Positions 19,759 through 29,009 of a stretch of 62,382 nt of DNA are shown here, one piece after another. How positions within the stretch are numbered: the stretch's first letter is position 1; every line of letters starts with the position of its first letter. A program made the translations under genes and the position numbers. The stretch lies in the NCBI GenBank assembly GCA_964517275.1, contig CAZFBL010000002.1:1-62382 (forward strand), written 5' to 3'. Source of the DNA: an uncultured Candidatus Saccharibacteria bacterium. Lineage in GTDB: Bacteria > Patescibacteriota > Minisyncoccia > Portnoybacterales > UBA2143. Under the pieces are notes generated by a model. That model saw only the letters and a list, made by a program, of their open reading frames with translations, was not told the origin of the DNA and searched no databases.

Positions 19759-20958
19759 TTACTTAACTATCTTGGTGACTACGCCGGCCCCAACTGTCTT
19801 TCCGCCTTCCCGAATGGCAAATCGCTGTTTTTGCTCCAAAGCAACTGGTGAGGCTAATTTAATCTTCAGATTAACCGTATCACCGGGCATAACCATTTCT
19901 GTCCCTTCAGGCAAAACAACATCGCCAGTCACATCTGTCGTTCTTATATAGAATTGAGGTTTGTAACCGCTGAAGAAAGGAGTGTGACGACCGCCTTCCT
20001 CTTTGCTCAAAATATAGACTTCGCCTTCGAACTCCTGATGAGGAGTGACTGAACCGGGCTTGGCCAAGATTTGGCCGCGCTGAACATCTTCTCGTTTAAC
20101 GCCTCTTAACAGGATACCGGTATTGTCGCCGGCTTTTCCTTCGTCAAGTGACTTATTAAACATCTCAATACCGGTGACTACCGTTTTTTGAGTATCGCCT
20201 AAACCAATTATCTCCACCTCTTCATTAAGTTTAATTACTCCTCGTTCAATCCGACCGGTCGCCACCGTTCCTCGTCCTTCAATTGAGAAAACATCTTCAA
20301 TCGGCATTAAGAAAGGCTTGTCTACCTGACGAGACGGCTCGGGAATATTTTCGTCAACCGCCTTGGCTAATTTAATAACCGGTCCGCACTTGGGACAATC
20401 TTCCTTGCCGCAACCGCACTCCAGCGCCTGCAAGGCTGAACCGCGAATAATTGGCGTTTTCTCTCCGTCAAATTCGTATTTGCTTAACAGCTCTCTAATT
20501 TCCTGTTCAACCAAATCAATTAATTCCGGGTCGTCAACCTGGTCGGTCTTGTTCAAAAAGACAACCATGGCCGGCAGGCCGACCTGACGAGCCAAAAGAA
20601 TGTGTTCGCGAGTCTGAGGCATCGGTCCGTCCGGAGCCGAAACAACCAAAATTGCTCCGTCCATTTGAGCCGCCCCGGTAATCATATTTTTAATGTAGTC
20701 AGCGTGTCCGGGACAATCAATGTGAGCATAATGTCGTTTTTCAGTTTCGTACTCAACGTGAGCAACGGCAATGGTTAAACCGCGCTCCTTTTCTTCTGGA
20801 GCTTTGTCGATATCGTTAACTCCTTTGTCTTGAGATTTAAACCCAGCCGCTTTTAAACATTTTAGAATAGCCGCGGTTAAAGTTGTTTTACCATGGTCGA
20901 CATGACCAATGGTTCCTATATTAAGGTGTGGCTTAGTTCGTTCAAACTTTTCGGCCAT
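19759..20958 (-). CDS. tuf: Elongation factor Tu
   Basis: [28 protein letters not shown]; start reassigned to MAEKFERTK at 20958. Confidence 0.98.
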   Translation of the reverse strand: MAEKFERTKPHLNIGTIGHVDHGKTTLTAAILKCLKAAGFKSQDKGVNDIDKAPEEKERGLTIAVAHVEYETEKRHYAHIDCPGHADYIKNMITGAAQMDGAILVVSAPDGPMPQTREHILLARQVGLPAMVVFLNKTDQVDDPELIDLVEQEIRELLSKYEFDGEKTPIIRGSALQALECGCGKEDCPKCGPVIKLAKAVDENIPEPSRQVDKPFLMPIEDVFSIEGRGTVATGRIERGVIKLNEEVEIIGLGDTQKTVVTGIEMFNKSLDEGKAGDNTGILLRGVKREDVQRGQILAKPGSVTPHQEFEGEVYILSKEEGGRHTPFFSGYKPQFYIRTTDVTGDVVLPEGTEMVMPGDTVNLKIKLASPVALEQKQRFAIREGGKTVGAGVVTKIVK

Positions 20959-21061
20959 AAATATCTTAGAACCTAAAACATAGAATTTGGAACCTTGTTT
21001 CAAATTTTATCTTTACGGCTCTAAAATTCTTTATTTAATTTAATTAATTAAGACTATTTTT

Positions 21062-21090
21062 AATTTAGCAATAAAAGGCCTTCTTGTCAA
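21062..21090 (-). promoter_or_regulatory. Sigma70 promoter for tuf
   Basis: TTGACA-N17-TAAATT with extended -10 TG. Confidence 0.65.
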
Positions 21091-21122
21091 TATCGTCTCT
21101 TCTTTAAACTGCCTCTAATTAA

Positions 21123-21371
21123 CTAGAAAGGCAAATCTTCTACTTTAACTTCTTCTTTTTCGGAGTCGGACTCAACCGCCTCTGCTTCCTCTTTTTTCTC
21201 TTCAGCCCGCCACTGGTCGATATCCTGATTGGCTTTCGCCGTCTCTTCGGCTGATAGGTCTTTATCCTGATAATTTTCTAATTTCATCACCAAGTAAGTC
21301 GGCTGATTGTTTTCTATTATAATACACTTACCGCCTTCTTTTTGCAATATTTTTTTAATTTTTTCCCACAT
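21123..21371 (-). CDS. Small protein with a Phd/YefM-like N-terminus and acidic tail
   Basis: GGKCIIIENNQPTYLVMKLENY resembles the Phd/YefM beta-beta-alpha pattern; own promoter TTAACA-N17-TAAAAT at 21381-21409. Confidence 0.7.
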   Translation of the reverse strand: MWEKIKKILQKEGGKCIIIENNQPTYLVMKLENYQDKDLSAEETAKANQDIDQWRAEEKKEEAEAVESDSEKEEVKVEDLPF

Positions 21372-21439
21372 ATATTTATTATTTTAACCAAAAACTTGAA
21401 CCTTGTTAAGTGATAAGTAATCCGGCCTGATTATCACGG

Positions 21440-21505
21440 GATTGCTTCGCTTCGCTCCCAGGGATGAATATCTATTACCAAGTCATGGATTTGGACAAAT
21501 GGTCA
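21440..21505. repeat. Partial palindromic element after fusA
   Basis: GATTGCTTCGCTTCGCTC arm, plus the 13-mer GGACAAATGGTCA shared with 52356-52368. Confidence 0.55.
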
Positions 21506-23623
21506 CTTTTTATCTCCGCTAATTAACTCCTCGGCAACATTGTCGGGCATTTCAGCGTAATGGTCAAATTCCATGGTGAAAGTGGCTCGTCCCTGAGTAA
21601 TTGAACGAAGTCGAGTCGCGTAGCCAAACATACCTGCCAGAGGAATCCGAGCATCAATTATTTTAACCTGACCGACTCCTTCGTCCCGGTCCTCCATCTT
21701 ATTAATCCGGCCCCGCTTGGAACTAAGATCACCAATAACATCACCCATAAACTGCTCCGGGGTAACCACTTCTAATTTCATAATCGGTTCTAGTAAAACC
21801 AGCTTAGCACTTTTGACCGCTTCCTGTAAAGCAATTGAACCGGCAATTTTAAAAGCGGCCTCCGAAGAGTCAACCTCATGATAAGAACCGTCGTAAAGAG
21901 TCACCTTCAAGTCAATTAACGGATAACCGGCCAAGACGCCTTTGTTTATTGCCTCCTTAATTCCTTTCTCAACGGCCGGAATAAACTCTTGAGGAATAAT
22001 TCCACCTTTTATCTCGTTGACAAATTCAAATCCTTGGCCGCGTTCCTGCGGCTTGACTCTTAACCAAACATGACCATATTGTCCCCGACCGCCGGTCTGC
22101 CGAATATACTTACCTTCCGCTTTGGCCTCTCCTTTAATTGTCTCTTTGTAAGCAACCTGCGGCTGGCCGATATTAGCGCCGACATTAAACTCTCTCAGCA
22201 TCCGGTCGACAATGACCGCTAAATGTAATTCACCCATTCCGGAAATAATTGTCTGGCCAGTCTCCGGATCGCCTCTAATTTGGAAAGTTGGATCTTCTTC
22301 GGCTAATCTCTTTAGAGCAATGCCCATTTTTTCCTGGTCGGCTTTTGTCTTTGGTTCAACAGCAATGGAAATAACCGGCTCAGGAAAGACTATTTTTTCA
22401 AGAACAATCGGCTCTTGGGAATCGCTTAAGGTGTCACCGGTTGTCGTCTCCTTTAAGCCGATAATCGCCCCGATATCGCCAGCATAAAATTCTTTGACTT
22501 CTTCTCTTTTATCGGCATGCATCCTCAATAGACGGCCAACTCTCTCCTTCTGGCCGGTGCTAGAGTTCGTGACATAAGAACCGGCCGTCAAACTGCCTGA
22601 GTAAATTCTCAAATAAGCCAGCTGTCCGACAAAAGGGTCGGTCGCAATTTTAAAAACTAAAGCAGCCAAAGGAGCCTTATCTTCGCTCTCTCTGCTAATT
22701 TTTTTTGTTTCGTCTTCGGCCGCAAATCCTTCAACCGGCGGCAAATCAACCGGCGAAGGCAAATAATCAATGACTCCATCCAGCAAAAGTTGAACTCCTT
22801 TGTTTTTCAAGGCTGAACCGCAGAAAACCGGGACTAATTTGTAATCAATGGTTGCCTGACGCAAGGCTTTTTTAATTTCTTCCTCTTTAATCTCCCGGCC
22901 GTCCAAATATTTTTCGGCTATTCCGTCGTCCTGGTCAGCCACTTTCTCTAACAGTTTATTACGATAATCCCCGCTTTCTTTTTTTAATTCCTCGGGAATC
23001 TCTTCTTCAACTATCTTTTCACCAAAATCGCCGACGAATTTATAGGCCTTCATCGTTATCAAATCAACCACCCCCTGATGCCCTTCTTCCAAGCCGATTG
23101 GGATATTCAAAGCAACTGCTTTAGGAGTCAGTCGCTGCCGGATTGATTCCAAACTTCTTCCGAAATCAGCTCCGGTCCGGTCCAGCTTATTGATAAAACA
23201 AAGGCGAGGCACCTTAAATTTATCGGCTTGCCGCCAAACCGTTTCCGATTGCGGTTCTACCCCGGCTACCCCGTCGAAGACGACGACCGCCCCGTCAAGC
23301 ACTCTCAAGGAACGCTGAACTTCTACCGTAAAATCAATATGACCGGGCGTATCAATAATATTAATCCGATACTGCCCCGGTTCTTTGGACAAATAGTCCC
23401 GCGGCGTCCAAAAACAAGTGGTTGCCGCCGAGGTAATCGTAATTCCTCTTTCTTTTTCCTGAGCCATCCAGTCCATAATTGCCTCTCCTTCATGGACTTC
23501 GCCGATTTTATGGGAAATGCCGGTATAAAAAAGGACCCGTTCGGTCACGGTCGTCTTGCCGGCATCAATATGAGCAATGATGCCAATATCTCTAACTTTT
23601 TTTATTGGGTATTGCCTAGGCAT
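21503..23623 (-). CDS. fusA: Elongation factor G
   Basis: [46 protein letters not shown]; start set to MPRQY at 23623. Confidence 0.98.
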   Translation of the reverse strand: MPRQYPIKKVRDIGIIAHIDAGKTTVTERVLFYTGISHKIGEVHEGEAIMDWMAQEKERGITITSAATTCFWTPRDYLSKEPGQYRINIIDTPGHIDFTVEVQRSLRVLDGAVVVFDGVAGVEPQSETVWRQADKFKVPRLCFINKLDRTGADFGRSLESIRQRLTPKAVALNIPIGLEEGHQGVVDLITMKAYKFVGDFGEKIVEEEIPEELKKESGDYRNKLLEKVADQDDGIAEKYLDGREIKEEEIKKALRQATIDYKLVPVFCGSALKNKGVQLLLDGVIDYLPSPVDLPPVEGFAAEDETKKISRESEDKAPLAALVFKIATDPFVGQLAYLRIYSGSLTAGSYVTNSSTGQKERVGRLLRMHADKREEVKEFYAGDIGAIIGLKETTTGDTLSDSQEPIVLEKIVFPEPVISIAVEPKTKADQEKMGIALKRLAEEDPTFQIRGDPETGQTIISGMGELHLAVIVDRMLREFNVGANIGQPQVAYKETIKGEAKAEGKYIRQTGGRGQYGHVWLRVKPQERGQGFEFVNEIKGGIIPQEFIPAVEKGIKEAINKGVLAGYPLIDLKVTLYDGSYHEVDSSEAAFKIAGSIALQEAVKSAKLVLLEPIMKLEVVTPEQFMGDVIGDLSSKRGRINKMEDRDEGVGQVKIIDARIPLAGMFGYATRLRSITQGRATFTMEFDHYAEMPDNVAEELISGDKK

Positions 23624-23640
23624 GTCAATTTTGTCAAGAT

Positions 23641-24111
23641 TTACCAAGCGAAATGAGCAAAGGCCTTATTGGCTTCGGCCATTCGGTGTGTATCTTCTTT
23701 CTTTTTAACGGCCGTCCCCGTATTTTTAGAAGCATCCAATAGCTCGGCGGCCAGTTTTTCAGACATCGGCTTGCCCTTTTTTGCTTGAGCGGCTTGAATC
23801 AGCCAACGGATAGCCAAAGTGGTTCTCCTTTCGCCGCGCACCTCTCGGGGCACCTGATAATGAGCTCCGCCAATTCGTCGTGATTTTACCTCAACTAAAG
23901 GAGAAACATTTTTGACCGCTTGGTCGAATATTTCCAACGGTTCCTTTTTTTTGTCCTGTTTAGACAGTATTTCAAAAGCTCGATAAAAAACTCTTTGGGC
24001 AACCGATTTTTTACCCTGTTTCATCAACTGATTGATAAACTTGGCCACCAAAATATTGTCATACTTGGGGTCAGGATTAATGGTCTTTTTGATTTTTTTC
24101 TTCCTTCTCAT
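23641..24111 (-). CDS. rpsG: 30S ribosomal protein S7
   Basis: [34 protein letters not shown]. Confidence 0.98.
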   Translation of the reverse strand: MRRKKKIKKTINPDPKYDNILVAKFINQLMKQGKKSVAQRVFYRAFEILSKQDKKKEPLEIFDQAVKNVSPLVEVKSRRIGGAHYQVPREVRGERRTTLAIRWLIQAAQAKKGKPMSEKLAAELLDASKNTGTAVKKKEDTHRMAEANKAFAHFAW

Positions 24112-24116
24112 AATTA

Positions 24117-24602
24117 TTATTTTGATTGCTCGGCTGGTTCGGCTTTTTCCGTCTCAGCCGGTCCGCCCTCTTCGGCTTTCTTATTTCCTTCCTTGCCTGA
24201 TTTCTTAGTTCCATAACGACTTCTCTTTTGTTTGCGACCTTCCACTCCTTCTGTATCCAAGATACCGCGGACAACATGATAACGAACGCCAGGCAAATCC
24301 TTAACCCGGCCGCCTCGCAACAGAACAACCGAGTGTTCCTGAAGATTATGACCGATGCCTGGGATATAGGCGGTTACTTCCATGCCATTGGTTAATCTGA
24401 CCCGAGTCACTTTCCGCAAAGCAGAGTTCGGCTTCTTGGGAGTAATTGTCTTAACCTGTAAACAGACACCGCGCTTAAAGGGCGAAGGGTATTTTCTCGG
24501 CTTATTTTTAAGTAAATTAAAATTCCGCCAAAGAGCCGGTGACTTTGGTTTCTTCTTTATTTTCTTTCTCGGTTTCTTAACTAATTGATTAATGGTTGGC
24601 AT
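24117..24602 (-). CDS. rpsL: 30S ribosomal protein S12 with an acidic C-terminal tail
   Basis: [39 protein letters not shown]. Confidence 0.98.
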   Translation of the reverse strand: MPTINQLVKKPRKKIKKKPKSPALWRNFNLLKNKPRKYPSPFKRGVCLQVKTITPKKPNSALRKVTRVRLTNGMEVTAYIPGIGHNLQEHSVVLLRGGRVKDLPGVRYHVVRGILDTEGVEGRKQKRSRYGTKKSGKEGNKKAEEGGPAETEKAEPAEQSK

Positions 24603-24636
24603 AATTTAACGTAAAAAAAATAACCCACCTTTTTTA

Positions 24637-24665
24637 AAAATAGCAGATTACCGTTGTAATGTCAA
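24637..24665 (-). promoter_or_regulatory. Sigma70 promoter for the str operon
   Basis: TTGACA-N17-TATTTT with extended -10 TG. Confidence 0.55.
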
Positions 24666-24672
24666 ACAAAAT

Positions 24673-25530
24673 TTATTCTTTGGCCTGATGAATAACCATT
24701 TGAGGGAAGGGAATTTCAATCCCTTCTTGGTCAAAGGCAATCTTTAATCTTTTTCTTAACTCGCCGGTAACGTCCCACTGCTGGAGAGGTTTGGTCTCGC
24801 CCAGAATTCTGATTATAACGGCCGAATCGGCAAAATCATCAACTCGGAGGAACTGAGGAGCCTTGGTAATTTTATCTTTCCAGCCTGAATCCTCGGCCAG
24901 CTCCCGACCGACCCGATTAACTGTTCCAATCACCTTTTCCAAATTTGAACTGTAAGAGATGCCAACGCTTAAATTAACTCGGGCAAACTTTTTAGACAAA
25001 TTATCCGCCTTGGTTATTTGGCCATTCGGAATATGGTGGACTGTCCCGTCAAGGTCTCGCAGAATAGTCATTCTCAAGTTGACACTTTCCACCTCGCCGC
25101 AGGTCCCGTCAAGACAAACTACGTCGCCAACCCGATATTGATTTTCCAGAATTATAAATAATCCGCTTAAAAAATCACGGACTACATATTGAGCGCCAAA
25201 ACCAAGAGCCACTCCGACAATTCCCGCTCCGGCCAAGAGAGGTCCGATATTGATGCTCAGCTCTGATAAAATTATCAGGACAACCACCACCCAGACAACT
25301 ACCCTTAAAGTTCCCTCGAAGACCTTAATCAAAGTATCCTCTCTTTTCCGCTCAGCTTCTTTGTTCAAGTAGCGGTCGCCGGCAATCGCCCGCCTGATAA
25401 TTTTCTCAATAAAAATTTTGCCAAAGCGCAGAGCCAAATAAGCAACTACGATAATGACAATAATCTTCAGGCCATGCGAAAAAAACCAAGGGGACAACTG
25501 ATTTAAAAATTTTTCCAAACTGGCTGACAT
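24673..25530 (-). CDS. mscS: Small-conductance mechanosensitive channel (MscS family)
   Basis: LLAGAGIVGVALGFGAQ, FIILENQYRVGD, GTVHHIPNG, GIEIPFPQ; ATG at 25530 preferred over GTG at 25539. Confidence 0.92.
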   Translation of the reverse strand: MSASLEKFLNQLSPWFFSHGLKIIVIIVVAYLALRFGKIFIEKIIRRAIAGDRYLNKEAERKREDTLIKVFEGTLRVVVWVVVVLIILSELSINIGPLLAGAGIVGVALGFGAQYVVRDFLSGLFIILENQYRVGDVVCLDGTCGEVESVNLRMTILRDLDGTVHHIPNGQITKADNLSKKFARVNLSVGISYSSNLEKVIGTVNRVGRELAEDSGWKDKITKAPQFLRVDDFADSAVIIRILGETKPLQQWDVTGELRKRLKIAFDQEGIEIPFPQMVIHQAKE

Positions 25531-25623
25531 AGATTGCACCTATTAAGATAACATTTCGGGTAAAATAGGGATTTTCTCTAAAATACCTTCAAACGCTCTT
25601 TTGTCTGAATTCATCATTCTGAG

Positions 25624-25696
25624 CGCGCCTGGTAGGACTCGAACCCACGACCTAAGGTTTAGAAAACCTTTGCTCTATCCACTGAGCTACAGGCGC
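25624..25696 (-). tRNA. tRNA-Arg(UCU), CCA not encoded
   Basis: Cloverleaf: GCGCCTG/CAGGCGC acceptor, AAGGT-TT-TCT-AA-ACCTT anticodon arm, GTTCGA T-loop. Confidence 0.95.
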
Positions 25697-25705
25697 CTAA
25701 TACCT

Positions 25706-25734
25706 ACTATAGACAGAAATAGTCAAAAAGTCAA
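25706..25734 (-). promoter_or_regulatory. Promoter of tRNA-Arg(UCU)
   Basis: TTGACT-N17-TATAGT. Confidence 0.7.
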
Positions 25735-25742
25735 ATGTTCGT

Positions 25743-26015
25743 TTATTGAAAAGGGTCAGAGTAACCGGTTCGCTCAACCCGATTTAAGGTTGTCTGCCGC
25801 TGGTCCAGGCTATCTAAAACTTTTTCTAGATTTTCCCGGTCAATCGTTGTTTTTTCCAGCTTCGGCTCCGGGCGGACGACCATAACCAGATAAACATACT
25901 GGTAATAGATAAAGATATTGAGGCCGACTAATAAAATAAAAACTATTCCCGGAATAAGACGGCGATATTTTTTTAACAAATAATTTACCTTTTCTAAACT
26001 AATTTTCTTTAACAT
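25743..26015 (-). CDS. Small single-TM protein at the end of the pilMNO operon (PilP position)
   Basis: 90 aa, one TM helix, 3 bp after pilO. Confidence 0.7.
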   Translation of the reverse strand: MLKKISLEKVNYLLKKYRRLIPGIVFILLVGLNIFIYYQYVYLVMVVRPEPKLEKTTIDRENLEKVLDSLDQRQTTLNRVERTGYSDPFQ

Positions 26016-26018
26016 AAT

Positions 26019-26594
26019 CTATTGAGTGTAAATCTTAATACTCAAAATACTCTCTAAACTGTTTTCGGCCAACGGATAACTGATTCTAGTCAAATCTTCA
26101 GCCTCTAACTTCTTGATGGTTATATTTTCGAGCTCAACTAATCGGTAAGGAGGGTAAGGACTATCTTCCAGCTTGGCTAAAAAGAGAAGGAGATTATGGA
26201 AACTGCCCCAAAGAGAAATCCGAAAACTAAGATAACCGGCTTCTTCCTCCGAAGGTTGATGGGGACTGGCCGCTTTTATTTCAAAAAAATTATTGGTCCG
26301 ACGGGCAATTGTCTCCAAATTAGTGATGAAACCAACTGTTTCTTCCGTGCTTAGAAAAACCTTGGCCAAATCGGCTAACTCGGATTCATTTTCCTGATAT
26401 TCTTTTTCTAACTGCTTGGCTAAAGACTCGCGCTGGTCTAATTTAGTCAAAACTTCCTGACCAGCTAAATACTCCTGACCGGCCCGGTCAATCGCAGCCA
26501 GCCAGGGATAAACAGATAAACTAATGAAAAGAAGCAGGCCAATCAGGCATAAGAGAGGAACTAAAATAATTTTTTTAGGCCGAGATAGATCCAT
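26019..26594 (-). CDS. pilO: PilO-like type IV pilus alignment protein
   Basis: N-terminal TM, coiled coil, SFRISLWGSFHNLLLFLAKLE ferredoxin-like pattern; position after pilN. Confidence 0.75.
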   Translation of the reverse strand: MDLSRPKKIILVPLLCLIGLLLFISLSVYPWLAAIDRAGQEYLAGQEVLTKLDQRESLAKQLEKEYQENESELADLAKVFLSTEETVGFITNLETIARRTNNFFEIKAASPHQPSEEEAGYLSFRISLWGSFHNLLLFLAKLEDSPYPPYRLVELENITIKKLEAEDLTRISYPLAENSLESILSIKIYTQ

Positions 26595-26620
26595 AATGAA
26601 ATAATCAATCTTCAGTTTTT

Positions 26621-27163
26621 TTAACGAGAATCAAGGTGCAGGGTAAAACTGAAATCAATATTCTTTTCTTTAACCAAATTAGCTAAAGGCGTTTCGACTT
26701 CGGCGAAAAACGGATTCTCTTCTAGCGACCTCTGGAAACAAAGAAGATCCTCCCGTTGGTCAGCCCAGCCGTTTAAAATAATCCGGTTACCGCTCGGCTG
26801 ATAGGAAAGGTTGGTTAAATAGAGGCCAGCCGGAACAGTCTTGGTCAATCTCTCTAAAAGAGGAGTCCAAAGAACCATTTGCCGCTGTTTGGAATTAATT
26901 TGTTTAATGATTTGATTAGTCTGCTTAATTTTATCTTCTATTTTGAGCAGGTTTTGCATCTGCGGCTCGCTTTCTCTAATGGCAACCAAATTAGCCTGTT
27001 CCTTTAAAAGAATAGATAACGACAGAAAGGCGCCGGCTAAAAAAATACTAAAGATAACTAAGATGACTAAAAACCAGCCGGCCAAAGAGAAAATTAAACG
27101 ATTAAATTCGCTTATTCTCAAATCCTTTTTTTCAGCTGGCGGCAAAAGATTCAGTTTGATCAT
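26621..27163 (-). CDS. pilN: PilN type IV pilus protein
   Basis: IKLNLLP PilM-binding motif, TM, coiled coil, VPAGLYLTNLSY, IILNGWA. Confidence 0.88.
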   Translation of the reverse strand: MIKLNLLPPAEKKDLRISEFNRLIFSLAGWFLVILVIFSIFLAGAFLSLSILLKEQANLVAIRESEPQMQNLLKIEDKIKQTNQIIKQINSKQRQMVLWTPLLERLTKTVPAGLYLTNLSYQPSGNRIILNGWADQREDLLCFQRSLEENPFFAEVETPLANLVKEKNIDFSFTLHLDSR

Positions 27164-27190
27164 TATTCTGAGACCGTTTTAAAAAAGAAA

Positions 27191-28270
27191 TTACTCATCT
27201 AGATTCCTCATAGCCAGGCCTAAAGCGGTCGTATAAGTTAGAAGTTCCCTTTTGGGTAAAGCAGCCAGAGCCGGAGAATGCTTTTCAACCGGTTTAGGAA
27301 AATTAATTAACGGGTCAGCCACTTCAATTTTCAGACCTAAACGCTGACTAAGAAAGAAAGGTAAATTAATTAAGAGCGAATCGCCGCCGCAAAGTAAGAG
27401 TCGGTCAATCAGCTTGTCCGAGCCCGGCAGATGAGCAGCCTGTTTCTGGTGGAAAATAATATAATCTTTAATCCGGTCAGCCAACTCCTCAACTAATGGA
27501 GCCAGGGCCTGGTAGACCTCTCCATTTTCTTTAGCTTTGTCCAAGCCAACTTTAATCTTTAATTGCTTAGCTTTTTTCTGGTCAACGCCCAGTCTTTTCA
27601 TAATCGCTTGCTCAAAAAGCTGCCCGGAGATGTTAATATGCGAAGTAAAGCGAATAGTCGAAGCGGCGAAAATAACAAAATTAGTGCCGCTAGCTCCCAG
27701 GTCAATCAAAACTGTCGGCCTTGAATCACCGGCTTTAATCAAACTACGGACAATCGCTACCGACTCCGGTTCCAGAGCAATCGGCCTAAGGCCGCTCCTT
27801 TTAAGAAACCTGGAGTAGCTATCGACTAAAAGGCGAGGGGCGGCCGCAATCAAAATACTATAGCGATTGTTTTTTTCGGTCGGCTCTTTAACAATTTGCC
27901 AATCTAAATAGACTTCATCAAGACCCAAAGGTATATGGGCTTCCGCTTCCCAGCCAACCGCCTGGTCAAGCTCCGCCTTTTTCATCAAAGGCAACCAAAT
28001 CATTCGAATGAAGACTTTTTCCTCCGGCAAATTACAAACCACTTCCCTGCTTTGAAAGCGCTGACCGCCCGTTTTTTTTAGCCGGCCTTTAAGAATATTA
28101 ACCAATTCTTTTTCCTTCCTGATTTCTCCGCCCTGAACCAGACCAGCCGGTAAATTCGCTTCAACAAAATTAATCAAAGAAAGACCTTCCTTTTTCTTTA
28201 ATTGAATTAATTTAAGCGAAAAGTCGCTTAAGTCCAAACCGAAAGCTGATTTTTTAGCAAAACTAAACAT
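27191..28270 (-). CDS. pilM: PilM type IV pilus assembly protein (actin-like fold)
   Basis: AFGLDLSDFSLK, EAEAHIPL, LIDLGASGT, LCGGDS, YTTALGLAMR. Confidence 0.92.
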   Translation of the reverse strand: MFSFAKKSAFGLDLSDFSLKLIQLKKKEGLSLINFVEANLPAGLVQGGEIRKEKELVNILKGRLKKTGGQRFQSREVVCNLPEEKVFIRMIWLPLMKKAELDQAVGWEAEAHIPLGLDEVYLDWQIVKEPTEKNNRYSILIAAAPRLLVDSYSRFLKRSGLRPIALEPESVAIVRSLIKAGDSRPTVLIDLGASGTNFVIFAASTIRFTSHINISGQLFEQAIMKRLGVDQKKAKQLKIKVGLDKAKENGEVYQALAPLVEELADRIKDYIIFHQKQAAHLPGSDKLIDRLLLCGGDSLLINLPFFLSQRLGLKIEVADPLINFPKPVEKHSPALAALPKRELLTYTTALGLAMRNLDE

Positions 28271-28277
28271 GTCTAAG

Positions 28278-28664
28278 TTATTTTATCACTTTTCCTTTGG
28301 ACAGCCAAGCGACTAAAAAAACAGCCAGACCGTCAATAAGAATATCTTGGCCGGACGCCTGACGGCCGGGAATAAAACTCTGATGATATTCATCGGAGAA
28401 AGCGTAAGCCAAGGCAAAAATGACAGCCAGGATTAAGACCGTTTTTCTGGCTAAACGGTGCTCTTGGAGAGCGGCGATAAGAAGAAAGGTCAAAATAGTA
28501 TATTCCAAAAAGTGAGCCAGATAACTAAAAAGAAAACTCCAGTTTTCAGACAAACCTAAGCCTAAATCCGACTGATGGGAGATAAAGAAAATGAAACCAG
28601 CCCAAAAAAGAACTAAGAGCCAGCTTTTAATAATTTTATAGCGAGTCCGTCGAACTGTCTTCAT
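28278..28664 (-). CDS. VanZ-family membrane protein
   Basis: AHFLEYTILTFL, YAFSDEYHQSFIPGRQASGQDILID. Confidence 0.88.
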   Translation of the reverse strand: MKTVRRTRYKIIKSWLLVLFWAGFIFFISHQSDLGLGLSENWSFLFSYLAHFLEYTILTFLLIAALQEHRLARKTVLILAVIFALAYAFSDEYHQSFIPGRQASGQDILIDGLAVFLVAWLSKGKVIK

Positions 28665-28669
28665 AGAAA

Positions 28670-28703
28670 AAGCCGCATTACTTAGTTTAACATAATGCGG
28701 CTT
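28670..28703 (-). terminator. Terminator hairpin immediately before the vanZ start
   Basis: AAGCCGCATTA/TAATGCGGCTT 11-bp stem plus U tail on the minus strand. Confidence 0.65.
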
Positions 28704-28726
28704 CCGAGAGAATCAAATAAAACTTT

Positions 28727-28999
28727 TTAGTTACCTCCGAGTACGCGGTCGGCGATCAGGCCGGCGACTAAGTCACGGATATCGTGGACTGCTGCCTCTC
28801 TATCTGGCGAAATAAATTTTGAGTCCTCACTTATCTCCCTGAGAATCTCGACCAACCGTTTTCGGCTAATCTTATTCCGTTTTAACTTATTTAACGCCGC
28901 AAACAACCTGTTATTGGCGCCATCAAGCGCCCTGATTAAGGCAACAATCTCCTCCCGAACCCGTTCGGTTTTTTTAATCAACTCTCTCTTGGATTCCAT
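28727..28999 (-). CDS. Hypothetical helical protein (90 aa)
   Basis: AAGGAGG Shine-Dalgarno 5 nt before the ATG at 28999; own terminator. Confidence 0.7.
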   Translation of the reverse strand: MESKRELIKKTERVREEIVALIRALDGANNRLFAALNKLKRNKISRKRLVEILREISEDSKFISPDREAAVHDIRDLVAGLIADRVLGGN

Positions 29000-29009
29000 A
29001 ACAGCCTCC

